Source: Azolla caroliniana (lineage: Eukaryota; Plantae; Polypodiophyta). From it: 64,000 nt of DNA. The notes under the pieces were generated by a model. The model did no database searches. It was not told the origin of the DNA and saw only the letters and a program-made list of their open reading frames with translations. The stretch spans positions 7,812,001 to 7,876,000 of the forward strand of contig JBHGNT010000001.1 of the NCBI GenBank assembly GCA_043228905.1, given 5' to 3'. Both the position numbers and the translations under genes were made by a program. Positions 34,355 through 44,800 of this stretch are shown here, piece by piece (within the stretch, counting starts at the first letter, position 1; every line of letters starts with the position of its first letter).

Positions 34355-37300
34355 AAAGGACTGCCAAGGCGTGGGGCCGCGACAGTCCGGATGCTCCGGG
34401 AAGACCCCACATCTGTACGATAAAACCGTGTACAATAGGTAGGAAATTTTGCTTCTCCGGCAGCGGAGCATGTGCGATGGTCGGCATCGCCGGCCGAGAG
34501 AAAACAAAGACGGAGGGGAGACTTCGAGCGTGCGGAGTTCTCGGCCCTGACGAAGAAATCAACGGAGCCGTGGAGGCAGTCTCCTTCGACGACACCTTGG
34601 GAATGCTGGGGAAGGTAGTCGAAGAAGACCTTAACGAAGACCGGACGATACCGGTATGTTCCGAAGAAATGTACGAAGTCATCGCGGACTTCGGTCGATG
34701 GCTCGAGTCGGAACGGACGGCCCGAGTTAGCACCAAGTACAAGACTGTGGACCGGAAGGTGAGGCCAGTTGCGGCGCCCTTACCGGAGGGCAGCGAATTC
34801 CGAATCAAAGGGGTTGCATCGGACCCCAGCTTACGAGATCCGGCCTGCATAGGACACACCTTCACCAACGAGACGCTCCGCGAGCTGAAGATCGGTGGGG
34901 GCGGGTTCCTACTACCGGCGGAGGAAGACCGATTTCGGAGAATGCTCGGAAGGCACGGGAAAGCCTTCGCATTCTCACCGGAGGAAATCGGGTGCGTAGA
35001 CCCGACGACCGTAGAGCCGATGGTGATATTCACGGTACCGCATGTACCGTGGAATCTCAAGCCAATTCCGGTTCCGAGAGCTCACATCCCGAAGTTGATG
35101 GAGCTGTTGAAGCAGAAAGTTGATATGGGCATTCTCGAGCCATCGAGCGCCCCGTATTCAAACCGATGGTTTACCGTACCAAAGAAAAACGGATCATTGC
35201 GCTTCATTCAGGACTTGCAACCGGTCAATAGGGTGACCATTCGGAACGCAGGGATCGGACCGACCATAGACGAGTTCGCGGAGGCCTTCGCCGGAAGGTC
35301 GATTTACTCGGTCGGTGATCTATACTCAGGGTACGACCAGTTCCAGCTAGCCGTGGAGAGCAGAGACATTACGACGATGCGAACTCCCCTCGGCCTAGTG
35401 CGGATGTGTACGCTGCCGCAAGGAGGGACCAACTCGGTGGCCCACATGGTGAATGCAATGAACAAGGTGCTGAGGGACTGCATCCCGGACATCACCATGC
35501 CGTTTCTAGACGACATCCCGATCAAGGGATGCCCGGTAGAAGAGAAGGACGAGACGATCGGGCCGGACGGATGCCGGCGATTCGTGGAGACGCACATCGA
35601 CGACTGCGAGAAGGTGCTGCAAAGGCTAGAGGATGCGAGGCTCACCTTCTCGGGGGAGAAGTCAGCGTTCGGGCAGTCGGAAATCATGGTGGTCGGACAT
35701 TTATGTGGACCATATGGCCGGAAACCGTCTCCGGCAAAGATAGAAGCCATCTCCGCGATGAAGCCTGATTGCAGCTCGGTCACGGAAGTACGGAGATTCT
35801 TGGGAGCATGCGCCTTCTACCACATATGGATCCCGCATTACGCGCACGTCGCGGAGCCGCTGTACGGATTATTGAAGAAAGGGCGAAGATTCGAATGGCT
35901 AGACAAGCACACGGAGTCGGTCCGGAAGCTGAAGGAGGCTCTTTCGGCAGCACCGGCGCTCCGAAAGGCCGTCTACAGGAAGGGCACCCCAGTGTACATA
36001 ACGGTTGACACGAGTCCGACCGGAATCGGGTGGGTCGTCAACCAAGAAGACGAGGACGGCGATCGGTTTCCGATCCGATTCGGCGCGAAGGTCCTCAGCG
36101 AACGGCAGCGAGGATACGCCCAGGTTAAACGCGAACTCTGGGGTATCGTTTCGGCGGTGAAGGCTGACAAGGACTATCTGATCGGGACAGAGGTAATCAT
36201 AGAGACGGATTGCATGCCGATTCTCGGCATGGTTTCCGGATGCGCGACGCCGGACCTGGCAATGCTCAGGTGGATAGCGTACATCAAGTCCCTGGACCCG
36301 GAAATACGACACATTTCCGGGAAAGACAACGCCATGGCCGACATGCTTTCAAGGGCGAGATTCGATGACGAGGGCGGCATGGTTTCGGAGGATGAAGAGG
36401 TCGGCGTGGACTTCTTCGAGACTGCGTATGTAACAACCGACGGAACAAGCACTTCGGCGCTTAACGACTTCGACGCGAGCAAGTACGACGGGGAGTGGCT
36501 GCAGATCGGTGGGTTTTTGAAGACAATGACGCCCGATGCGTCATGGACGAAGGACGAGGCCAACCGGATCCGGAAGAAAGCGTACCGGTTCTTTCTCCGG
36601 GATGGCTATCTATGGAAACACCCGAAGAAGAGGGACGGCGCTCCGCCCCGGGTGGTGGCGATGAAGGAAGAACAGGAGGAGCTGCTGACGGCCTACCACG
36701 ACAGCCCTTGGGCCGGACACCGTGGAACTTGGGCCACGTTCGAGAAGATAAAGGAGAAGTACTGGTGGCCGGGACTGTACCAGGACGTGCACCGATTAGT
36801 GACAACTTGCGAGAGCTGTCAGATGCACTCCGTGGTCCGACACCGGGACGAGCTTCACCCTACGTACCCTCCGACCATCCACTTCAAATGGATGGTAGAT
36901 CTGGTGACGATGCCAATGGGGGTAGGACAGATGCGGTACCTGGTCCTAGCACGGGAGGATCTGACGAACCAGGTGGAAGGCCGGGCCCTTCCGAACAAAA
37001 CGACCGCGGCCGTATGTCGGTTCCTAATCGAGGACGTGATATGCCGGTACGGGTGCGTCGGGAAGATTGTGGCTGACCGAGGGGAGTTGGACGCCGAAGA
37101 AGCCGCGGAGCTGTTCGACCGGCTGGGAGTCAAGCTCTCGCTCACCACTGCGTACAATCCGGAGGCGAATGGAAAGGTGGAGCGCGGACACGGACCGATC
37201 GTCAAGGCGCTGGTTCGAGCATGCGGAGGCCAAGTCGGAAACTGGCCGCGGCTGCTACCTTATGCTTTGTGGGCAGACCGGACCACGCACAGTTCGGTAA

Positions 37301-37929
37301 CCGGGTACATGCCGACGGAGCTCATGTTCGGCCAGAAGCCGATCATGCCGATAGAACGGACGATCTCCTCGTGGGCAACGGTCGACTGGAGGGACGAGAT
37401 GGGCCGGGTGGAGTTGTTGGCCGCACGTATACGACAGCTCGAGCGGAGACCGGAGGACGTGGCACTGGCTGCGGAGAAGCTCCGGGTGGCGAGGACAAAG
37501 AACAAAGCCCGGTTCGACCGAACGCACCGGCTCCGACCGACGAAAATCGACGAAGGTGACTGGGTGCTCGTCTACGACAGCAGCCTCGACAACCAGCACC
37601 GAGCTACACGGAAGTTCGCACGAAGGTGGTTCGGGCCTTACGTGGTGCGGAGCGCCAATGACAACGGGACCTATCACCTGGCGGAACTAGACGGCACGAG
37701 AATGGCGATACCGGTTGCAGGGAAGCGGATCAAAGCGTTCAAGAAGCGACACGACGACGAGCCAGACCCAGCTCTCCTAGTCAGCAGTGACGAAAGATCC
37801 GAAAACGAGGAAGAACCGACGGGCGAAGAAATGAAGACGGGCCGGTTTTCTCCGTCCCAACTCTCTTGGTGCATACCGGAGGATGCACGGTTAGGTGGGG
37901 GCGGATGTCGTGAAGAAAACCGTCCATAG
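34345..37929 (+). CDS. pol: C pol (RT-RH-IN), -1 frame, reading through the PPT into the 3' LTR
   Basis: 1150-aa ORF plus open upstream frame; ends GGGGCREENRP*. Confidence 0.94.
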   Translation, partial: GFLERTAKAWGRDSPDAPGRPHICTIKPCTIGRKFCFSGSGACAMVGIAGREKTKTEGRLRACGVLGPDEEINGAVEAVSFDDTLGMLGKVVEEDLNEDRTIPVCSEEMYEVIADFGRWLESERTARVSTKYKTVDRKVRPVAAPLPEGSEFRIKGVASDPSLRDPACIGHTFTNETLRELKIGGGGFLLPAEEDRFRRMLGRHGKAFAFSPEEIGCVDPTTVEPMVIFTVPHVPWNLKPIPVPRAHIPKLMELLKQKVDMGILEPSSAPYSNRWFTVPKKNGSLRFIQDLQPVNRVTIRNAGIGPTIDEFAEAFAGRSIYSVGDLYSGYDQFQLAVESRDITTMRTPLGLVRMCTLPQGGTNSVAHMVNAMNKVLRDCIPDITMPFLDDIPIKGCPVEEKDETIGPDGCRRFVETHIDDCEKVLQRLEDARLTFSGEKSAFGQSEIMVVGHLCGPYGRKPSPAKIEAISAMKPDCSSVTEVRRFLGACAFYHIWIPHYAHVAEPLYGLLKKGRRFEWLDKHTESVRKLKEALSAAPALRKAVYRKGTPVYITVDTSPTGIGWVVNQEDEDGDRFPIRFGAKVLSERQRGYAQVKRELWGIVSAVKADKDYLIGTEVIIETDCMPILGMVSGCATPDLAMLRWIAYIKSLDPEIRHISGKDNAMADMLSRARFDDEGGMVSEDEEVGVDFFETAYVTTDGTSTSALNDFDASKYDGEWLQIGGFLKTMTPDASWTKDEANRIRKKAYRFFLRDGYLWKHPKKRDGAPPRVVAMKEEQEELLTAYHDSPWAGHRGTWATFEKIKEKYWWPGLYQDVHRLVTTCESCQMHSVVRHRDELHPTYPPTIHFKWMVDLVTMPMGVGQMRYLVLAREDLTNQVEGRALPNKTTAAVCRFLIEDVICRYGCVGKIVADRGELDAEEAAELFDRLGVKLSLTTAYNPEANGKVERGHGPIVKALVRACGGQVGNWPRLLPYALWADRTTHSSVTGYMPTELMFGQKPIMPIERTISSWATVDWRDEMGRVELLAARIRQLERRPEDVALAAEKLRVARTKNKARFDRTHRLRPTKIDEGDWVLVYDSSLDNQHRATRKFARRWFGPYVVRSANDNGTYHLAELDGTRMAIPVAGKRIKAFKKRHDDEPDPALLVSSDERSENEEEPTGEEMKTGRFSPSQLSWCIPEDARLGGGGCREENRP

Positions 37930-38703
37930 GCGGAATCGGCGCACCAAGGCGTGGGAACCGGTTCTCCACGCGCGCACGCTCCGAGTTGTACATAGAAGCG
38001 AATTAGGAGGATAATCGGCGGGAACGGGCCCTAACACAAGTGGAGACAAAGACCGCGCGAACAGTCTTTTCGGTCGCGCGCGCGAGCGAAGGAACTGTAC
38101 GAGTCGGCGGCGTAACTACGCGGATGCGTGAAGGACGAAGCGAATCCCTGTCCAAAAGGGACAGGGAATAAAGCTGACATGACAGCCTGCTCGTCGGCCT
38201 ATATAAGGAGCAGGAAAGAGCTATTGCAGGGATCTCGCGTGGAGAGAACGAAGTGCTGTCGGACCGTTTCCGGACGCTTCTCTCTCTCTCTGTTTCCTTC
38301 CTTCTTGAGCTCCAGAGCTTTCTGTGCAGGGTTCCGAGGAGGCTTGCGCTGTTTCGAGGAACGCCCGAGTGCTTCCGGCAGCACCTCCGACCGGCTACCC
38401 CTTTGTGCGTCGAAGCGAACAGGCATCGGCATCTGTTCGCCGGCCTGTTCGGTTGTAACCAACCTGTGCCCCATCGAGGGTTGTAGTCGTGTTAGCCATA
38501 ATTTTCTTAATATATATATTTAGTCATTCGCATCTGTCTGTGTCGGTGTTCGTTCGCGTTCTCCGTGCTGAAGGGCCGTGTCCCTGTGTATCCCCGGTCC
38601 TGCGTAGCCGGTTCTCTCTCTTCCTCCTCCCTCACTTGCTCTTTGGTTCGAGACCCCCGCGGTCCCGCCTCGTTTCCACACGCACTTGCGTAAAAACTCG
38701 ACA
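37906..38703 (+). repeat. C 3' LTR (798 bp)
   Basis: TGTCGTGAAG...CTCGACA; closely related to the E LTR. Confidence 0.96.
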
Positions 38704-41537
38704 ACGTCTTGGTCCTACAAGATGCACCAGTACCTGCTCGGGCACGACTACTGGAGTTATGTCGAAGGAGCTAATGATGCGGCACCCGAATCGACACATA
38801 GAGACTTCCCGTCGTGGGAGCAATCGGCGAGCAGGGTATTATACTGCTTCGCGTCGTGTGTGGGCCAACAACTATTGAGCTATGTTCGGGATGCAAAGAT
38901 GCCGAAGGGTGCGTGGGAAAATCTGAAGAAGATTTTCGCCGCGAGCACCACTGCCAGGAAGCTTCAGCTCCGATAGGAGTTGAGCAACCTACGACAACGC
39001 GACTTGTCGATGGCGGACTATACCTCGAAGATCAAGGATATCTTCGACTCCCTCGCCTCCATAGAGGTGAACATCGAGGAGAGCAAGATGGTCCAGATCT
39101 GTCTCGGAGGTTTGGCGTCGAAGTTCGGAGCGTTCTGAACGGTTGTGTGTACCCGGGAGAATACGCCGTCCTTTTTTGACTTACAGTCGATGCTCCTAGT
39201 AGAGGAGAACCACGCAGATGCGTCGACTAGCACGCACACCGACATCAAGATGTTGTACACAGAGGGAGAAAGGCCCCGTGGCCGTGGCGAGTCGGTACGC
39301 AATGGAAGCGGCCGACGAGATCAAGGAAGAAGGCATCGAAGTGATGCCGACAGCAACTCCGGACCCTCCGGAAACAGGGGGAGTCGAAGCGATGAGAATC
39401 GGCAAGGGAAGGCCATCGCGGAGTGCTGGTACTGTGACAAGAAAGGCCACAGGGAAAGTGAGTGCTTGAAGAAGCGCGCCGATTCGGAGAGAACCGATTC
39501 CGGACATACCGACAAGGGAAATCGGCAGCGATCGCACTACGCCGAAGTCTCCGGGAGAGCCGGAGAAGGGTCTGCCTTCGTGACGAGACACGAAGCAAAC
39601 TCAATGAAACGGACCACCCCGAGATCGGACGAGGTGTGGTACGTAGACTCCGGCGCGTCAAACCACATGACGAGCCATAAGGAGTGGTTCTCGTACCTTG
39701 AAAAACCGATACAACCTGGAGTAGTCGCAACTGGAGATGACACTCCGCATCCGATCGCGAATGTCGGAGAAGTTCCCCTTAGCCATGTCGGGCAGAAAGG
39801 GAAACTCATGAACGTGTTGCACGTTCCGACAATCACGAAGAACTTGGTCTCGGTCGGACAGATCGTCGACCAAGGGATGGAGGTTCGGTTTACACACCTC
39901 GGGTGCTTCATTGAGGAAGAAGACCGTGTGATTGCGCAAGGGCGCAGAGAAGGGAGGATGTTCATCCTCGAATCCACTGACGGCGGCACCACAATGTTTG
40001 CGAAGGGACAAAAATCCGAGTCGGACATCGACTTGTGGCACAAGCGGATAGGCCACGTCAACTACCAACGGCTTCAAGATCTGCAATCGAAACAGGTAGT
40101 GTTCGGATTGCCCAAATTTAGTGGCCGAAAGGCACAAATTTGTGAAGCTTGCCAGCTCAGGAAGCAACACCAACTTCCTTTCCCCAACGAGCGAAACCGG
40201 AGCCGGAACAAGCTCGACCTTATACACTCCGATGTATGGGGGCCGGCACAAAACGTTAGTCTTGGCGGGAGCCGATATTTCGTCTCCTTCATCGACGACC
40301 ACATGCGGCACACGTGGATCTACCTCATTGAGAGGAAGAGCGAAGTCTTCGACTGTTTCCGGGACCTCAAAGGGTTCGTGGAAACGGAAACGGGACGACA
40401 GATCAAGTGCCTGCGGTCGGATGGCGGGAAAGAGTACTTCTCTGGTCAATTCAACGGTTATCTACAACAAATGGGAATTCGGCGCGAATTTAGTTGTATA
40501 TACACGCCGGAGCAGAACGGCGTGGCCGAGAGGAAGAATCGGTCAGTTGTGGAAGCGGCACCGGCAATGTTGGAGGAGAAGAGCTTGCCCAAGTTCTATT
40601 GGGCTGAGGCGGTAAGGACCGCGGTATACATCCAGAACCAGATCGGAGACAAAGTGTTGGCGCACGAGCTATATTTCGGAACGAAGCCGAACTTGCGACA
40701 CTATAGGGTGTTCGGTAGCATTGCGTATGTGCATGTACCGAAGGAGAAAAGGAGGAAGCTGGACGCAAAGGCCGAGAAATGCATCTTGGTCGGTTACTCA
40801 AACGAGCAGAAGGGTTATAAGTGCTATAACCCTCGCACCAAACAAGCGTGTGTTAGCTGCGACGTTGTGTTTGACGAGTCCGCGTCCTGGTACCAGCCCC
40901 CGACTACGAACCCCGACTCCAATCCGAGCTCTGACGATGAGGTCAGCGAGGCCGAGATACCTCCGGATGAGCCCGAAATCGAGACCCGCGAAGAGAGTCC
41001 GATTTCACTCCGTTTAAGTGGACCGATTGGACGACTGAGTCGGTACGACCAGTCCGATGAAGAGCTGGCGAGTATTGGAGACTCGGCCGTGCATTCCCCG
41101 CGCAGGAAGTCGAGGAGACGGCTTACGCGCAAAGAGAAAGGGAAGAAGAAGGTGTCAGATTCCGGCACGGATAGGAACGAGTCAGACCGACGCGAGTCCG
41201 ACTCTGAGGGAACTGGTGACGGGTCTTTAAAGGTGAAGTCCGCGTCGACCGAGAAGGCCTCGACATCAGCTAATGGGAGATTACGCCGATCTACCCGCCA
41301 GAAGAATCCTGTTTTGCGGTTCGGATACAACGAGTACATGGCACATCATTATGCGTACATGACCCGTGTAGCGGAAGTGCGTGAGCCAGAGAGCTATGCA
41401 GAAGCGGCTAAAGACGTGAAGTGGCGTGCCGCGATGGAGGAAGAGATGCACGCATTAGCGGAGAACGAGACCTGGGACCTGGTTGACGCACCGAAGGGTG
41501 TGAAGCCGATCGGGTGTAGGTGGATGTACAAGGTCAA
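38704..41537 (+). pseudogene. K copia polyprotein: Gag-PR-integrase-start of RT (begins at 31812, MASSLPTEKLDRTNYT|SWSYKM)
   Basis: CWYCDKKGHRESEC, WYVDSGASNHMT, LWHKRIGH..CEAC, IHSDVWGP/LRSDGGKEY/QNGVAER, NETWDLV..PIGCRW. Stops in gag. Confidence 0.95.
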
Positions 41538-42601
41538 TGTAAAAAGTAGCGTGCGGAAGCAAGTATGAAGATAGAACAGAAGGAAGAAATCTCAGGTTTA
41601 ATGGAGAGCTTGAGCTTACACAGTATACGCGGGAGAGACAGAGAGTGTGATAGAGAGAAAACACAAGAACTATATTCAAAAAACAATTCTCAATCTCTAT
41701 TCACCATTCTATACATATGTGTGTTCGATGAACACTTTTATACAAGTCCTAGAAGGACTGACCGAAGTACTGACAGTACTTCAATGCTCATTAAGAGCTC
41801 CTACACTAACTCCCAAATATATTCCTTACGGAATATCTTTCGTAACGACCTCCTGGTTTACGCACCGATCCGGCCCTAACTACGCACCGGTTTGCGTACC
41901 GGTTTACGCATTCGGTCTAACCGATCGGTCCCAACCGATCCGGTCCTCGGCTTGTTCAGCCGATCCGGCCGATGTTGAGCTTGTCTCTCAACACTCCCCC
42001 TCAAGCTTAACTTGAGGCTCTTCGGGATCTTTGGGCTCACAGCTCCGGTTCCTCCTGGCTTCATGCCTCGCTCGCGCTCCTCGACCTGTTCGACTCCGCG
42101 CGCGTTGACCCTTCCGGTCAGCTTGTTTGCTCATGTGGCCCTCATCAACTCTTTTGTTGTTGCGGTGTTGACGCTTCTTCTGCTGCCTTTTCTTCCACTT
42201 GGGCCTCGATTGATTCAGCGTATCTGAATCAAACATCCGAACCGACTCGGCTACCTCCGATCGGTTTTCGCTTTCGTCCGAGTCCGCTGTCTCCAACTTG
42301 TCTTCGGTCTTCTCGCCCTCGATGGCGTCATCTTCCCCATGCGTGGTTGGCTTCGGCTGCTCCACTTCTGTCCACTTCCGGACTTTTCCGCGGGTCCGCC
42401 CTCGGCTTCTTCGGCCGATCCGAAGTCGAACTCGACAACCGACTCGGTGTCGCGGTCTCCGCTCCTTTCCTACTGCCTTGCTTGGTCGTTCGGGACTGTT
42501 CTCCCCCTCAAGTTTGGCACGTCGAGGTGACGCAATCCTAGCACACCTGAGAATTGCCGCAACTTGTCCAGACCAAGAGGCTTTGTGAAGATGTCGGCAG
42601 T
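41538..42601 (-). mobile_element. K': inverted 3' end of the same copia family (LTR 41538-41993 plus post-RH region)
   Basis: Reverse complement of 42627-43704; precise LTR terminus inside K RT. Confidence 0.95.
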
Positions 42602-42602
42602 T

Positions 42603-43248
42603 CAGTACGTTCCGACGGATCGGCAGACTGCCGACATCTTCACAAAGCCTCTTGGTCTGGACAAGTTGCGGCAATTCTCAGGTGCGCTAGGATTGCGTCA
42701 CCTCGACGTGCCAAACTTGAGGGGGAGAACAGTCTTGAACGACCAAGCAAGGCAGCAGGAGAGGAGTGGAGACCGCGACACCGAGTCGGTTGTCGAGTTC
42801 GACTTCGGATCGGCCGAAGAAGCCGAGGGCGGACCCGCGGAAAAGTCCGGAAGCGGACAGAAGGGGAGTAGCCGAAGGACAGAGCCGAAGCCAACCACAC
42901 ATGGGGAAGATGACGCCATCGAGGGCGAGAAGACCGAAGACGAGTTGGAGACAACCAACTCGGACAAGAGCGAAAACCGATCGGAGGTAGCCGAGTCGGT
43001 TCAGATGTTTGATTCAGATACGTTGAATCAACCGAGGCCCAAGCGGAAGAAAAGGCAGCAGAAGAAGCGTCAACACCGCAACAACAGAAGAGCTGATGAG
43101 GGCCACATGAGCAAACAAGCTGACCGGAAGGGTCGACGCGTGCGGAGTCGAACAAGTTGAGGAGCGCGAGCGAGGCGTGAAGCCAGGAGGAACCGGAGCT
43201 GTGAGCCCAAAGATCCCGAAGAGCCTCAAGTTGAGCTTGAGGGGGGAG
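42603..43248 (+). pseudogene. K RNase H C-terminus plus long charged C-terminal extension
   Basis: QYVPTDRQTADIFTKPLG...NLRGR, then the ORF continues to a TGA at 43158-43160 that is CGA in K'. Confidence 0.85.
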
Positions 43249-43704
43249 TGTTGAGAGACAAGCTTAACATCGGCCGGATCGGCTGAACAAGCCGAGGACC
43301 GGATCGGTTGGGACCGATCGGTTAGGCCGAATGCGTAAACCGGTACGCAAACCGGTGCGTAGTTAGGGCTGGATCGGTGCGTAAACCGGGAGGCCGTTAC
43401 GAAAGATATTCCGTAAGGAATATATTTGGGAGTTAGTGTAGGAGCTCTTAATGAGCATTGAAGTACTGTCAGTACTTCGGTCAGTCCTTCTAGGACTTGT
43501 ATAAAAGTGTTCATCGAACACACATATGTATAGAATGGTGAATAGAGATTGAGAATTGTTTTTTGAATATAGTTCTTGTGTTTTCTCTCTATCACTCTCT
43601 CTGTCTGTCCCGCGTATACTGTGTAAGCTCAAGCTCTCCATTAAACCTGAGATTTCTTCCTTTTGTTCTGTCTTCATACTTGCTTCCGCACGCTACTTTT
43701 TACA
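43249..43704 (+). repeat. K 3' LTR
   Basis: 456 bp, preceded by the PPT. Confidence 0.95.
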
Positions 43705-43978
43705 GGACGACGACAACTCGACAGAAGAACTCCAGCCTCAACGCTTCGTCCATGTCTCGCTCCTCCATTTCGGCGTTGTAGGCTTCCAAGTAAGATGGGA
43801 CTTCGTCCCCGTTGAAACGGCCGACTCTTTCGACCACTCGCTCAACCGCTTGTTGCGCTGCTTCTCGCCTCATCACCACTATGTCGACTCCAACACCACT
43901 TCGGCCATCATCATCACGAGGTCATCATCTTCCGACTCCATCCTCCCTTGCCGCCTCTCACGTCGGGTTCACCAAAGA

Positions 43979-44800
43979 TGTCGCGTTGTTACGCGCGTGC
44001 CTGTAGAAAGGCGGGACCACGAGGATCTTGGACTAGGGAGTGATGGAGCGTAGGAAGCTGCGCTTCACCCTTTCCGGGGCACCCCAGGAGCACACCGGAA
44101 GCAACCAAAGGGAGAGAGAGTGCGAGGAGGCATGCAACGTTGACTCTCGCACGAACATGTACATAAGCAAGAAAGAAACACTACGACACACACACGCACA
44201 CCAACAGAGACACAAATATGCACAACCCTATATATATTTATGATTACAAGAGTGGTCTACAACTCCGACTCTGAGCTGGAGTGAGGTAGGCTAGGTCGCA
44301 ACGACAGTCTGCCGCCAAGCCGCCGTCGGGGAGCTCTCGGGCTCGTCGCGCCGAGCGGGGTCTTGCACAGGAGGCCGAGCTGAAGCAACCTACAACAGGG
44401 AGAGATACAACCCCACCCGCGAGCCGGGTACGCACAGGAGAAGAAGAGTTAACCTAATAGCTTTCTTGCCATAGCTACTGCTCGACTCCTCGAGAAAGAG
44501 CAGAAAAGAAATGAAGAAGAGAAAAAAAAGGATGTCGCTAACCCTAGAAAGAAACACAAAACGGTATCCCTTAAGACTAAAAAATGGGCAACCCTTCTAC
44601 AAGGGACCATCCCTTCCTTTTATAGAATAAGGAGAGGGATGCGTTACAATGTGGGATAAATCCCGATTTACATGGGATTCTTCGTCCCGACTTAACTCCT
44701 ATTATTCACACAATTACACGAGGGTGAGTGCACATGGTTCACCCCGCCGATGTAGCCAATATTTCCCGGTTTCCGCCTCTGGACGAAATTCTTCACGACA
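43979..44800 (-). repeat. H 5' LTR (822 bp)
   Basis: Minus strand TGTCGTGAAGAA...CGCGACA followed by the Trp PBS; outer flank ACGT lies within F RT. Confidence 0.88.

Larger units (their letters stand above)
31861..38703 (+). mobile_element. Element C: Trp-primed family copy with an internal deletion removing U5, PBS and the gag start
   Basis: TSD ACGT (31857-31860 and 38704-38707). Partial 5' LTR 31861-~32407 is fused to gag; 3' LTR 37906-38703. Confidence 0.96.
31272..43704 (+). mobile_element. Element K: Ty1/copia, split by C, with most of RT/RH replaced by an inverted copy K'
   Basis: 456-bp LTRs (31272-31727 and 43249-43704), PBS TGGTATTAGAGC (Met-i type), PPT ggggggag, flanks GGAT/GGAC. 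Confidence 0.93.
22379..44800 (-). mobile_element. Element H: degenerate, apparently Gag-only relative of the Trp-primed family, in three pieces (43705-44800, 30557-31271, 22379-23392)
   Basis: LTR 43979-44800, Trp PBS 43958-43974, capsid homology (VGRFNG...RVVVVRMHAEV...DKVLLFVRSID). The frame is restored across the K and B insertions. Confidence 0.85.
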
